A stretch of DNA of 64,000 nt from an uncultured Clostridia bacterium (GCA_963556905.1 CAUWAY010000002.1:837-64836), one strand, 5' to 3'; shown: positions 48,235 through 58,120, counted from the stretch's first letter. The notes: a model not told the origin generated them from the sequence alone. Translations and numbers: made by a program.

Positions 48235-49259
48235 ATGAAAGATTTAATTAATACTATTAATGATAATGAATATTTTGAATTCTTAAATCAAATAAAAAAA
48301 GATATTGTAAATACTAGAAAAAAAGTTATATTGAACACAAACAATGAATTAATACTAATGTATTATAGAATAGGAAAAGTTTTGTTAGAAAATAACCAAT
48401 ATGGTAGTAATTTTATAAATAATTTAGCTACAGACTTAAAATTAGAATTTCCAAATGCAGAAGGTTTATCAGCAAGAAATTTGAGATATATGCAAAAGAA
48501 TTTGATTATGATACAATTTTGCAACACAGCATTGCAAAATTACCTTGGGGCTCAGTAATATCAATTATGGATAAAGTTAAAAATTCAGAGGAAAGATTAT
48601 GGTATGCTGAAAAAGCATTAGAAAATTTATGGACTAGACCAGTTTTAGAACATCAGATTGCGACAAATCTATACAGTAGACAAGCATTATTAGATACTAA
48701 AATAAATAATTATAATGATACGCTTCCAGAAGAACTTAGTAAAAAAGCTATTGAGATGTTAAAAGATCCATATGTATTTGATATTGCGTATAATGAAAAA
48801 GCATTAGAAAAAGATATTGAGAATGCATTAGTCTCTAATATTACAGACTTACTTTTAGAACTTGGAAACGGTTTCGCTTTTATAGGTAGACAATATCATT
48901 TAGAAATTGAAGGCGAAGATTATTATATAGATTTATTATTTTACAATTTAAACTTAAAATGTTATGTTGTTGTAGAATTAAAAACTGTTAAATTTATACC
49001 AGAATTTGCAGGAAAATTAAATTTTTATTTAAATGCAGTAGATATGTTGTTAAAAAAAGAAGATGACAATCCAACAATAGGAATCTTATTATGCAGAGAT
49101 GAACACAAGTTAACAGCTGAATTAGCTTTGAAAGATATAAATAAACCAATAGGAGTTGCAGAATATAAATATTTACAAGAAATTCCAGAGTATTTAGCTA
49201 ATAATTTACCAAGTATTGAAACACTAGAGAAAAGATTAAATAATAATGATGAAAATTAG
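48235..49259 (+). pseudogene. DUF1016/YhcG-family PD-(D/E)xK nuclease, disrupted by a -1 frameshift near 48490-48500
   Basis: The N-part ...GLSARNLRYMQK and the C-part (K)EFDYDTILQHSIAKLPWGSV...IDLLFYNLNLKCYVVVELK (nuclease core) are contiguous in sequence but one base out of frame. AAGGAGG RBS before the ATG at 48235. Confidence 0.7.
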
Positions 49260-49282
49260 TATTAGAAGGGAATTTTAAATAT

Positions 49283-50863
49283 ATGAATTATATAAAGAGT
49301 CTAACAATTGAAGGATTAAAAAAATTTGAACATTTTAATATAGAGTTTGATAAAAATATAAATATTATTATAGGAGAGAATGAAGCAGGAAAAAGCACTA
49401 TATTAGAAGCAATAAATATATGCTTAAATCAATTATATAGAAATACAGATAAATCAATAATAAAAGACTTATTGAATATAAAAAATGTAAAAAAATTTGA
49501 AAAGAATCCTTCAATAGAAAATTTACCTAGAATCCAAATTGAAATAGAATTTAATTTGGATAATGATTCTAAAAATAATTTTTTGTTTTATGGAATGCAT
49601 AACAAAGATAAAAATGAAAAATATGGTATAAAATACACATGCGAATTAAATAAAGAGTTTGAACAGGAAATGTTTGAATTTATAAAAGAAAAAAAGATAC
49701 CATATGAATATTATGAAATGAAGTGGACTACTTTTCAAGGAGCATCTTTCAATGTTCTAAAGCAACCACTTAATTATCTTACGATAGATAATTCTATTAC
49801 TACTCAATATAATACATATAACTACTATAATAAATCTGTTTTTAAAAGTAAATACAATGGAACTAAAATGATTAAAGCTAAGAATGATTTTAGGATAAAT
49901 ATAGAAAATATATTTTCTGACTTAAAATTAGAAAAAATATCAGAAACACAACAGTTTGGAGTGGATACTAAGAAAGTAATATTAGAAAATATTATTTCTA
50001 TTTTGGATAATGATATTTTATTAGAAAATAAAGGAAAGGGAATGGAAAACCTTTTAAAAACTCAGATAGCATTAGATAAGGCGAGAAGTAAGTTAGATGT
50101 CATTTCTATAGAAGAACCTGAGAACCATTTAAGTCACACTAATCTCAGAAAAATGCTAAAGAATATAGAAAATTATAAAAGCGATAAGCAAATTATCATA
50201 ACTACGCATAATAATCTTATTGCAAGTGGTCTAAATGTGCAAAATATTATTTGGATTAATAATGAAAAATCAAAGAAATTAAAAAATATAGATAAAGATA
50301 TAGCAAAATTTTTTCAAAAAAGCGATAATAATAGTTTGTTACAATTTTTGTTGGCAAAAAAAGTTATATTAGTGGAAGGAGCAACAGAATATATCTTAAT
50401 ACCTAAAGTGTTTAAGCAAATATTAAATAAGACACTTGAAGAAGAAAATATTGATATTATTTCATGTAACGGAGTAACTTATAAAAATTTCATACATATT
50501 GCAGAGCTAATGAAAAAAAAGGTAGTTGTTATTACAGATAATGATGAAAATGAGGAAAAGATAAACGAAATGAATAATTATAATAAACAGTATGATAATA
50601 TTAAAATATATATGGATAGTAATGTACAAAATTGGACATGGGAGGTTTGCTTTTACAAATTAAATGCAAATAAATTAAAAAAGATAATAGAAATAGAAGA
50701 GGGAGCAAAGTATTCATATAAAGGAATTTCTTATGAAAGTGAACCTATTCTAGGAAAAATGTTAAATAATAAATCCGAAACAGCATATAAAGTTTATATT
50801 GCTAATAAAGAATTTGAATATCCTTCTTATGTTGAGGAGGCCTTAAAATGGATAAAAGGGTAA
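49283..50863 (+). CDS. gajA: OLD-family ABC-type ATPase plus TOPRIM nuclease (GajA-like)
   Basis: Walker A GENEAGKST, Walker B/D-loop SIEEPENHLSH and H-loop ITTHN. TOPRIM Glu VILVEGATEYILIP and DxD VVVITDNDEN. 526 aa. Confidence 0.75.
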   Translation: MNYIKSLTIEGLKKFEHFNIEFDKNINIIIGENEAGKSTILEAINICLNQLYRNTDKSIIKDLLNIKNVKKFEKNPSIENLPRIQIEIEFNLDNDSKNNFLFYGMHNKDKNEKYGIKYTCELNKEFEQEMFEFIKEKKIPYEYYEMKWTTFQGASFNVLKQPLNYLTIDNSITTQYNTYNYYNKSVFKSKYNGTKMIKAKNDFRINIENIFSDLKLEKISETQQFGVDTKKVILENIISILDNDILLENKGKGMENLLKTQIALDKARSKLDVISIEEPENHLSHTNLRKMLKNIENYKSDKQIIITTHNNLIASGLNVQNIIWINNEKSKKLKNIDKDIAKFFQKSDNNSLLQFLLAKKVILVEGATEYILIPKVFKQILNKTLEEENIDIISCNGVTYKNFIHIAELMKKKVVVITDNDENEEKINEMNNYNKQYDNIKIYMDSNVQNWTWEVCFYKLNANKLKKIIEIEEGAKYSYKGISYESEPILGKMLNNKSETAYKVYIANKEFEYPSYVEEALKWIKG

Positions 50864-51969
50864 TATTAGCTGTAGCAGGAGCTGGAAAAACTTATTCATT
50901 ATGTAAAAATGTTGATGTAAATAAAAGAAATATAATATTAGCTTTTACCAACCAGAATATAAAGAATATAAGTAAAGAACTAAATGAGAATCATGATGAA
51001 ACAATAGAAAATACATATGTTTATACATTTGATAGTTTTAAGTATAATTTTTTTATAAGACCATATGAGCCAATAATTGCTAAACATTTTGGAATAACAA
51101 CATTTGAAAGTAAAGGAGTTAGTTTAGTAACACCACCACCTAGATTTAAAAATAGTTTTCCTAATTCTGATTATAAAGACAGTAGTTTATTTGAACATTA
51201 TGTTATAAAAGATAAATATTATTGTGATAATTTATCAGAACTTATACTAAAGGTCAATAAAAAAGGAGAGTACAATTTATTTGATATTGCAATGAAAAAT
51301 ATAAATAATTTTTTTGAATATATATACATCGATGAATTCCAAGACTTTAGGCAACATGATTATGAACTAATGGAAAAGGTTATTAAGAAATCAAAAAACA
51401 TAGTTCTAGTTGGCGATTATTTTCAACATTCTGTAAATGCTAGAAATAATACAGGAAAGCCATTTAAAGTTGGAAATTCCAAAGAAACAAAGAGAATTAT
51501 TACATACGAAGAATATATAGAATTGTTAAAAAAATTAAATTTGAAAATTGATACAGAATCATTGAAAAGAACAAGAAGATGCCCAGAAAATATTTGTAAA
51601 TTTATAAGAGAAAAATTTAATATACAAATTTATGCCGATAATGAGAACAAAGGAGACATTACATTTTTAGAAGATATAAACGAGATAAAGAAAGTTATTG
51701 AAAATAATGATATAATCAAGCTAGTTGAAAGCGATAGTAAAATTTATAGTTTTAATTGTATAAATTGGGGGTATTCTAAAGGGGATACCTATAATGATAT
51801 TTGCGTTATATTAACAGATAGATTTAAAAATTTAAAAAAAGAAAAAAATATAGAATATACTTCAATAGTAAACAAAATATATGTGGCTTTGACTAGAACA
51901 AAAGGTAATTTATATATTATAGAAAAAGAAAAATTCGATGATATAAAGTATAATTACATTAAAAACTAA
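50848..51969 (+). CDS. gajB: Short UvrD/PcrA-like SF1 helicase (GajB-like)
   Basis: Motif I AVAGAGKT, motif II IDEFQD, motif III VGDYFQ and motif VI VALTRTKGNLYII. 373 aa; overlaps gajA by 16 nt, with a GAGGAGG RBS inside gajA. Confidence 0.7.
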   Translation: MDKRVILAVAGAGKTYSLCKNVDVNKRNIILAFTNQNIKNISKELNENHDETIENTYVYTFDSFKYNFFIRPYEPIIAKHFGITTFESKGVSLVTPPPRFKNSFPNSDYKDSSLFEHYVIKDKYYCDNLSELILKVNKKGEYNLFDIAMKNINNFFEYIYIDEFQDFRQHDYELMEKVIKKSKNIVLVGDYFQHSVNARNNTGKPFKVGNSKETKRIITYEEYIELLKKLNLKIDTESLKRTRRCPENICKFIREKFNIQIYADNENKGDITFLEDINEIKKVIENNDIIKLVESDSKIYSFNCINWGYSKGDTYNDICVILTDRFKNLKKEKNIEYTSIVNKIYVALTRTKGNLYIIEKEKFDDIKYNYIKN

Positions 51970-52038
51970 TATGATAAATAAAAAAGTTAAATCTTAAAAT
52001 AATATTGAAACATCTTTAAAGAAAAGAGGAATAATATA

Positions 52039-52566
52039 ATGGATATAGAACTAATAAAAAAATTAAATTATTTCAATATACATTCTAATTTAGGTTTTCA
52101 ATTTGATGGAATAGATAAATTTGAAAAATATAGTATAGCATATCATAATAAAATCAAAGACTGTTGGTACAACTTTATTACAGATATAAAAGCAAATAAT
52201 AAAGAAGAATTTGATAAAATTATATTAGAGGCAAGTAGTAAAATGAAAGAAAAAAATAGAGCAGTTGCTATTGCTATATTACCATATATGGAAGAAATTT
52301 ATAGCCATCGTGAAATGTTTTTTGATAATAGTCATGAATTAGCTTCAAATGAAGTATGGCAATTTTTTGATAACTTCGAAGAAATAGATAATGTCAATAT
52401 GAATTGTTCTCTAAATGTAAAATTAGAGAAAACAACAGATATGAAATTATATAGCGAGAAAATGATTAAAGCATATCAAACAGGAAATGAAGATGATTTT
52501 TATGGAGATTTGGATTCAGTTTATGATGTATGTATAGAATATTATTATATAAAAAGAGAAGTGTAA
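52039..52566 (+). CDS. Hypothetical protein; resembles the N-terminal non-catalytic half of a family of Clostridial GNAT acetyltransferases (acetyltransferase domain absent)
   Basis: 175 aa with the DCWYNF...EEFDKIILEASSKMKEKNRAVAIAILPYMEE...NEVWQFF pattern. The ORF ends where the GNAT fold would begin. Weak recognition only. Confidence 0.3.
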   Translation: MDIELIKKLNYFNIHSNLGFQFDGIDKFEKYSIAYHNKIKDCWYNFITDIKANNKEEFDKIILEASSKMKEKNRAVAIAILPYMEEIYSHREMFFDNSHELASNEVWQFFDNFEEIDNVNMNCSLNVKLEKTTDMKLYSEKMIKAYQTGNEDDFYGDLDSVYDVCIEYYYIKREV

Positions 52567-52580
52567 TAGGAGAAGTTATA

Positions 52581-53012
52581 ATGAAAAAGCATGAATTAGT
52601 TGATATAAATGGAAATAAAACAGGAAAAATTTTAACACATATTGAGGCTCGTAACCCGAATAATGTACATAAAGGGTATTATATATCAGTTGTTGGAGTA
52701 GTTATAATTAATGATAACAATGAGATTTTACTTCAAAAGTGTAGTAGATTAAAAAGAGTAAATCCTTGTAAATAGGGTATCTGCGGTGGAAAGGTAGATT
52801 TGGGAAAAACTCCGTTTGATGTAGGAATTCGTGAAACTTTAGAAGAAATAGGTGTTTTTTTGGATAAAAAAGATTTAAAATTCCTAAGTATGGATACAAA
52901 AGAAAAAGCGCATTTTACAGTATATTATGTAAGAAAAAATGTGAATATAAATGAATGCAAATTGCAAGAAGAGGAACCTGAAGAAGTAAAATATTTTAAA
53001 ATAAAAGAATGA
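52581..53012 (+). pseudogene. NUDIX hydrolase with an in-frame TAG replacing the conserved Trp
   Basis: MKKHELVDINGNKTGK...VVIINDNNEILLQKCSRLKRVNPCK[TAG]GICGGKVDLGKTPFDVGIRETLEEIGV. The Nudix box GX5EX7REUXEEXGU is intact downstream of the stop at 52773-52775, and both ORFs are in the same frame. Confidence 0.7.
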
Positions 53013-53196
53013 AAAGGTTTTTTCGCATACGTCCTTTGCTAAGGCACCAATTTTTAAACCATAGGAATATTGAAAAGTCAATAATTCTACGGTTTTTATA
53101 ATCTATAAAATACGACATTCACAAACAGAAATTAAAATATAAAAATTGAACATATCGAAAAGGATTTATAAAATTGGGCTTATTTTTAGAAAAATA

Positions 53197-53225
53197 TTGC
53201 AAAAATAAAATAAACATAGTATAAT
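53197..53225 (+). promoter_or_regulatory. Promoter of the GT2 gene
   Basis: TTGCAA (53197-53202), 17 nt, TATAAT (53220-53225). Confidence 0.55.
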
Positions 53226-53319
53226 ATATAAAGCTAAAAAAATAAAATATAATATACACTTAAAACAAACTAAAAATAAAAAAGCCAAAAAATATAAATA
53301 AAAAAGAGAGAGGAAGAAA

Positions 53320-54570
53320 ATGGAGTATTTGTATATACTAAAACAATCATTAATGTATGTACTAGTTGCATACTGGTGTTATCAAATGGTTATAAGCCTA
53401 TGTGCATTAATAAAACTAAAAGACAAACCATATATAACAAACAAAGATCACAAATTCATGGCAATAATACCAGCACATAATGAAGAAGCGGTAGTAACAA
53501 ATTTAATAGAAAGTTTAAAAAATCAAGACTATGACAAAAAATTATATGATATATATGTAATAGCAGACAATTGTACAGACGCAACAGCAGAAGTCGCACA
53601 AAAAGCAGGAGCAATTGTATATAAAAGATTTGATGCGGAACACAAAACAAAAGGATATGCACTACAATGGTTTTTAAAACAAAAAATTGAAGAAAACGCA
53701 GACTATGATGCATTTTTTGTATTTGATGCAGACAATATAGTAGACAAAAACTTTATAAAAAACATGAACAAAAAATTATGTCAAGGAGAAGACGTAGTAC
53801 AAGGATATAGGGACATAAAAAATCCAACAGATAATTGGATAACAGCAGGATATGCATTATTCTATTGGACAATGCATAGATTATATCATTTAGCAAGATA
53901 TAATATAGGATTATCACCACTATTAAATGGAACAGGATTCATGGTAAAATTTGATGTAGTAAAACCAAATGGATGGGAAACAGAAACGTTAACAGAAGAC
54001 ATTGAGTTCTCATTAAAAAGAATAATAAAAGGGAAAAAACTAGGTTGGGCGACAGATGCAATAGTATATGATGAACAACCAACATCATTTAAACAATCAT
54101 GGTCACAAAGAAGCAGATGGACAGTAGGACATATGCAGTGTTTAAAAAAATATACAGGTGAACTGTTTGAAGCTGTAAAAGAACACAAAACATTAATGAA
54201 TTTTGACGGATTTTTATATATAGCAGGAACAACGCCAATGTTAGTAATAACATTTGGATTAATTGTATTAAACTGCATCATGTATGCAGGAAATGCAATG
54301 TCAAATTTTGAATTCTTAATAAATATACTGAACTATTTAGTACCAACATTACTATTTCCTGTAGCAACAGCTTTATTAGTAATGACATTAGAAAAGAAAC
54401 CAATAAAGCCTATGTTGAAAGGATTATTATGTTATCCTATATTTATGACTACATGGATAATGATAAACATCAAATGTTTATTTAAAAGAGAAACATCATG
54501 GGAAAAAATAGAACATGTAAGAAACATTAAAATTGCAGAAGTAAAAGAAACCACAGAAAAAATTGTTTAA
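53320..54570 (+). CDS. Family 2 glycosyltransferase, membrane-embedded processive type
   Basis: N-terminal TM, IPAHNEE, DNCTD, FDADN, TED, and the QRSRW (QxxRW) motif followed by 4 C-terminal TM helices. Confidence 0.85.
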   Translation: MEYLYILKQSLMYVLVAYWCYQMVISLCALIKLKDKPYITNKDHKFMAIIPAHNEEAVVTNLIESLKNQDYDKKLYDIYVIADNCTDATAEVAQKAGAIVYKRFDAEHKTKGYALQWFLKQKIEENADYDAFFVFDADNIVDKNFIKNMNKKLCQGEDVVQGYRDIKNPTDNWITAGYALFYWTMHRLYHLARYNIGLSPLLNGTGFMVKFDVVKPNGWETETLTEDIEFSLKRIIKGKKLGWATDAIVYDEQPTSFKQSWSQRSRWTVGHMQCLKKYTGELFEAVKEHKTLMNFDGFLYIAGTTPMLVITFGLIVLNCIMYAGNAMSNFEFLINILNYLVPTLLFPVATALLVMTLEKKPIKPMLKGLLCYPIFMTTWIMINIKCLFKRETSWEKIEHVRNIKIAEVKETTEKIV

Positions 54571-54656
54571 ATGTAACGCTTAAAATAATAGGCACGAAAG
54601 CTCGTGCCTTTCTCGTTGAAATATCTTATAAATTTAAAAAGATGAGGTAAAAAAAT

Positions 54657-55502
54657 ATGTCATTTGAAAATATAAAAGTATATGCCTTTGTAGGACCATC
54701 AGGAACAGGAAAAAGTTATAGAGCACAAATGGTAGCAAACTCTGAAGGAATAAACTTCATAATAGATGATGGACTATTAATAAAAGGTAATGCAATAGTA
54801 GCAGGACTATCAGCAAAAAAAGCACCAACAAAAATTGAAACAGTAAAACATGCATTATTTCTAAATGATGAAGAACAAGATGCAATAGGCAAAGCATTGA
54901 AGAAATATAATCCAAGTAAAATATTAATATTAGGAACATCAGATGGAATGGTAAAAAAAATAGCAGAAAATTTAAAATTACCACAAATAACAGAAACAAT
55001 ATATATAAATGATGTAGCAACAGAAGAAGAAATGAAAACAGCACGACATATACGTGAAACAGAAGGAAAACATGTAATACCAGTACCAACGTTTGAATTA
55101 AAAAAAGACTTTTCTGGGTTTCTATTAGATCCACTACAAATTTTTAAATCAAAAGGAATTGGACAAAAACCATATATTTCTGAAAAAACTATAATAAGGC
55201 CAACATTCAGCTATCTAGGAAATTTTACAATATCAGATACAGTATTTAGGCAAATAATAGAATATTTGGCAACAAAAATGCCATCAATATATAGAGTATT
55301 AAGAACAAGAGTAACAAATTCAGAAGCAGGACCTAGTATCTATATGGAAGTTACAATAATGTATGGATGTAAAGTAAAAGAGACATTAAAAGAATTCAAA
55401 GAAAAAGCTATCAAAGAAATAGAAAATCTAACAGCAATGAATGTTGTATCAATAGAAGTAGTGGCAAAAAATGTATATGTACCACCAAAAGAAGAAAATT
55501 AA
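54657..55502 (+). CDS. P-loop NTPase domain fused to an Asp23/Gls24-like domain
   Basis: Walker A GPSGTGKSY at the N-terminus. The C-terminal roughly 110 aa (ISDTVFRQIIEYLATKMPSIYRV...VTIMYGCKVKETLKEFKEKAIKEIENLTAMNVVSIEV) resemble Asp23-family proteins. Confidence 0.4.
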   Translation: MSFENIKVYAFVGPSGTGKSYRAQMVANSEGINFIIDDGLLIKGNAIVAGLSAKKAPTKIETVKHALFLNDEEQDAIGKALKKYNPSKILILGTSDGMVKKIAENLKLPQITETIYINDVATEEEMKTARHIRETEGKHVIPVPTFELKKDFSGFLLDPLQIFKSKGIGQKPYISEKTIIRPTFSYLGNFTISDTVFRQIIEYLATKMPSIYRVLRTRVTNSEAGPSIYMEVTIMYGCKVKETLKEFKEKAIKEIENLTAMNVVSIEVVAKNVYVPPKEEN

Positions 55503-55518
55503 GAAAGGAAGAAATAAA

Positions 55519-56103
55519 ATGTTTTTTAGAAGAATAATAGGAGCAATAGCCAAAGTAATATTAAGAATATTTTTCACGATTACATATAGACTGAAAGTTG
55601 AAGGAACAGAAAATATACCAAAAGAAAAAAATGAACCATTAATATTTTGTGCAAATCACAGATCATATTTAGATCCACCATTAATTGAATGTACTACCAA
55701 AAGAACAGTAAGGTTTTTAGCGAAAGATGAACTACATGAAAATAAATTTATAGCATTTTGGATGTATGTATATGAAGGAATATATGTAAAAAGAGATTCA
55801 AAAGATGTAAAATCATTAAAAGAAACAATGAAGGCATTGAAAAACAACGAAAGCATTGGAATTTTTCCAGAAGGAACAAGAAATGGTGTAGAAAAAGGAG
55901 AATCAGCAAAAGAAGGAGCTGCATTTTTTGCTGTAAGAACAGGAGCCAAAGTAATACCTATTGGTATAAGTGGAGGAGAAAAGCCATTTAAAAAGATGAT
56001 AATAAGATATGGAAAACCATTAGATTATAGTGGAAGAAACAAAGATGAATTAGAAAAAATAACAGAAGAAATTATGGAAGAAATAAAGAAACTTGCAAAA
56101 TAA
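55519..56103 (+). CDS. plsC: 1-acyl-sn-glycerol-3-phosphate acyltransferase
   Basis: NHRSYLDP (HX4D) and FPEGTR motifs. The ATG at 55519 is preceded by an AAGGAAG RBS. Confidence 0.85.
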   Translation: MFFRRIIGAIAKVILRIFFTITYRLKVEGTENIPKEKNEPLIFCANHRSYLDPPLIECTTKRTVRFLAKDELHENKFIAFWMYVYEGIYVKRDSKDVKSLKETMKALKNNESIGIFPEGTRNGVEKGESAKEGAAFFAVRTGAKVIPIGISGGEKPFKKMIIRYGKPLDYSGRNKDELEKITEEIMEEIKKLAK

Positions 56104-56131
56104 GAATTGAAAATAGAAAGGAATAAATAAA

Positions 56132-57952
56132 ATGAATAACCAAAAAATAAGAAATATAGCAATAATTGCACACGTAGACCATGGAAAAACAACATTAGTA
56201 GATGCTTTACTAAAACAAAGCCATGTATTTAGAGAAAATGAACAAGTAGCAGATAGAGTAATGGACTCAAATGACCAAGAAAAAGAAAGAGGAATAACAA
56301 TATTAGCAAAAAATACAGCAGTTATGTATAATGATGTAAAAATAAATATAGTAGATACACCAGGACATGCTGACTTTGGAGGAGAAGTAGAAAGAGTATT
56401 AAAAACAGTTGATGGAGTACTTTTGTTAGTAGATGCATTTGAAGGAGCAATGCCACAAACAAGAGAAGTACTAAAAAAATCATTAGGACTAAACCTAAAA
56501 CCAATTGTAGTAATAAACAAAATAGATAGACCAGGAGCAGAACCACAAAAAGTATTAGACCAAGTAATGGAACTATTTATAGAACTAGATGCAAATGACG
56601 ACCAATTAGATTTCCCAGTAGTATATGCATCTGCAAAAAATGGAATTGGAAAATTAAATTTATCAGATCCAGATTCAGACTTATCATGCCTATTTGAAAC
56701 AATTATCAACACAATAAAAGCACCAAACTGTGATGAAGAAGGACCAGCCCAAATGTTAGTAACAAACATAGATTATGATGACTATGTAGGAAGAATAGCA
56801 GTGGGAAGAATTGAAAGAGGAACAATTAAAGTTGGTATGCCTGTAAGCATATGTGAAAAAGATGATAAAATATCACAAGGCAGAATTGCAAAAGTATATA
56901 CACACATGGGATTAAAAAAAGTAGAAGTAGAAGAAGCAAAAGCAGGAGATATTATTGAAATTTCAGGAATTCCACAAATCCATATAGGAGATACAATATG
57001 TGATTTCGAACATCCAGAAAAAATACCATTTGTTGATATTGATGAACCAACAGTATCAATGACATTTAGTGTAAATAATGGTCCATTTGCAGGGAGAGAA
57101 GGACAATACATAACATCAAGACACATAAGAGATAGACTATTTAAAGAATTAGATAAAAATGTAAGTTTAAGAGTTGAAGAAACATCTTCACCAGACTCAT
57201 TTGTTGTATCAGGAAGAGGAGAACTACATCTATCTGTATTAATAGAAACAATGAGAAGAGAAGGATATGAATTGTTAGTATCTAGACCAAAAGTAATAAT
57301 AAAAGAAATTGATGGCGTAAAATGTGAACCAATTGAAAGATTAGTTGTTAATGTACCAGATGATAGTGTTGGAACAGTAATTGAAAAATTAGGAAGACGT
57401 AAAGGTGAAATGGTTAACATGGAACCAGCTGAAGTTGGACACACAAAAATAGAATTTAAAATTCCTGCAAGAGGTTTAATAGGATATAGAACAGAATTTT
57501 TAACAGACACAAAAGGTGAAGGAATTATGAACAGTATATTTGATTCATATGAACCATTTAAAGGTGAAGTTGTAGCAAGAGTAAGAGGAACAATAGTAGC
57601 ATTTGAAAAAGGTACATCAATAACATATGGATTATATAATGCTCAAGATAAAGGTGAATTATTTATAGGACCAGGTGTTGAAGTATATGAAGGAATGATA
57701 GTTGGTTTAAACTCAAGAGGAGAAGATTTAGCAATAAACGTATGTAAAGAAAAACATCTAACTAATACAAGAGCTTCTGGTTCAGATGATGCCTTACATT
57801 TAGTACCACCAATCCAAATGTCACTTGAAAAAGCAATCGAATTCATACAAGATGACGAATTAGTTGAAATTACACCAAAATCAATAAGACTAAGAAAGAA
57901 AATTCTTGACAATAAAGAAAGAGAAAGAGCAGCAAGAAGTGCAAACAAATAA
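56132..57952 (+). CDS. typA: Translational GTPase TypA/BipA
   Basis: AHVDHGKTT, DTPGHADF and NKID G-motifs; EF-G-like domains; 606 aa. Confidence 0.95.
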   Translation: MNNQKIRNIAIIAHVDHGKTTLVDALLKQSHVFRENEQVADRVMDSNDQEKERGITILAKNTAVMYNDVKINIVDTPGHADFGGEVERVLKTVDGVLLLVDAFEGAMPQTREVLKKSLGLNLKPIVVINKIDRPGAEPQKVLDQVMELFIELDANDDQLDFPVVYASAKNGIGKLNLSDPDSDLSCLFETIINTIKAPNCDEEGPAQMLVTNIDYDDYVGRIAVGRIERGTIKVGMPVSICEKDDKISQGRIAKVYTHMGLKKVEVEEAKAGDIIEISGIPQIHIGDTICDFEHPEKIPFVDIDEPTVSMTFSVNNGPFAGREGQYITSRHIRDRLFKELDKNVSLRVEETSSPDSFVVSGRGELHLSVLIETMRREGYELLVSRPKVIIKEIDGVKCEPIERLVVNVPDDSVGTVIEKLGRRKGEMVNMEPAEVGHTKIEFKIPARGLIGYRTEFLTDTKGEGIMNSIFDSYEPFKGEVVARVRGTIVAFEKGTSITYGLYNAQDKGELFIGPGVEVYEGMIVGLNSRGEDLAINVCKEKHLTNTRASGSDDALHLVPPIQMSLEKAIEFIQDDELVEITPKSIRLRKKILDNKERERAARSANK

Positions 57953-57978
57953 AACCAAAATGAAATTTTATAAAAACA

Positions 57979-58007
57979 TTGACAAATATATACAAATATG
58001 TTAAAAT
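57979..58007 (+). promoter_or_regulatory. Promoter of rplU-rpmA
   Basis: TTGACA (57979-57984), 17 nt, TG-t-TAAAAT (58002-58007). The 110-nt leader with taatcc/ggatta pairing may be an L21-type leader (unverified). Confidence 0.55.
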
Positions 58008-58120
58008 AAATAACTGTAATCCGCTTAATCAAGGTTTATAAAAGCAATAAACAAAATAAAGTTAAAGGCTACCTTTATTGAGGATTAGCGAGTATACAAA
58101 TAAGGGAGGTGCATTTTAGA

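Noticed and set aside
47389-53319. Direct repeat of the tRNA-Tyr 3' end marking an att site at the far end of the island (same check done for tRNA-Leu, 8471-13100)
   Set aside because: I found no copy of the tRNA 3' segments (..ggttcgaatccatccctgtcc.. or ..ggttcaagtcctctcatccgc..) downstream, and no integrase gene. The island boundaries therefore remain undefined.
56050-57510. Two long minus-strand ORFs (239 and 242 aa) antisense to typA
   Set aside because: They lie entirely inside the strongly conserved typA reading frame. Their sequences are low-complexity (S/T/I/F-rich) with no RBS or motifs. This is the typical antisense shadow of a purine-rich, highly expressed gene.
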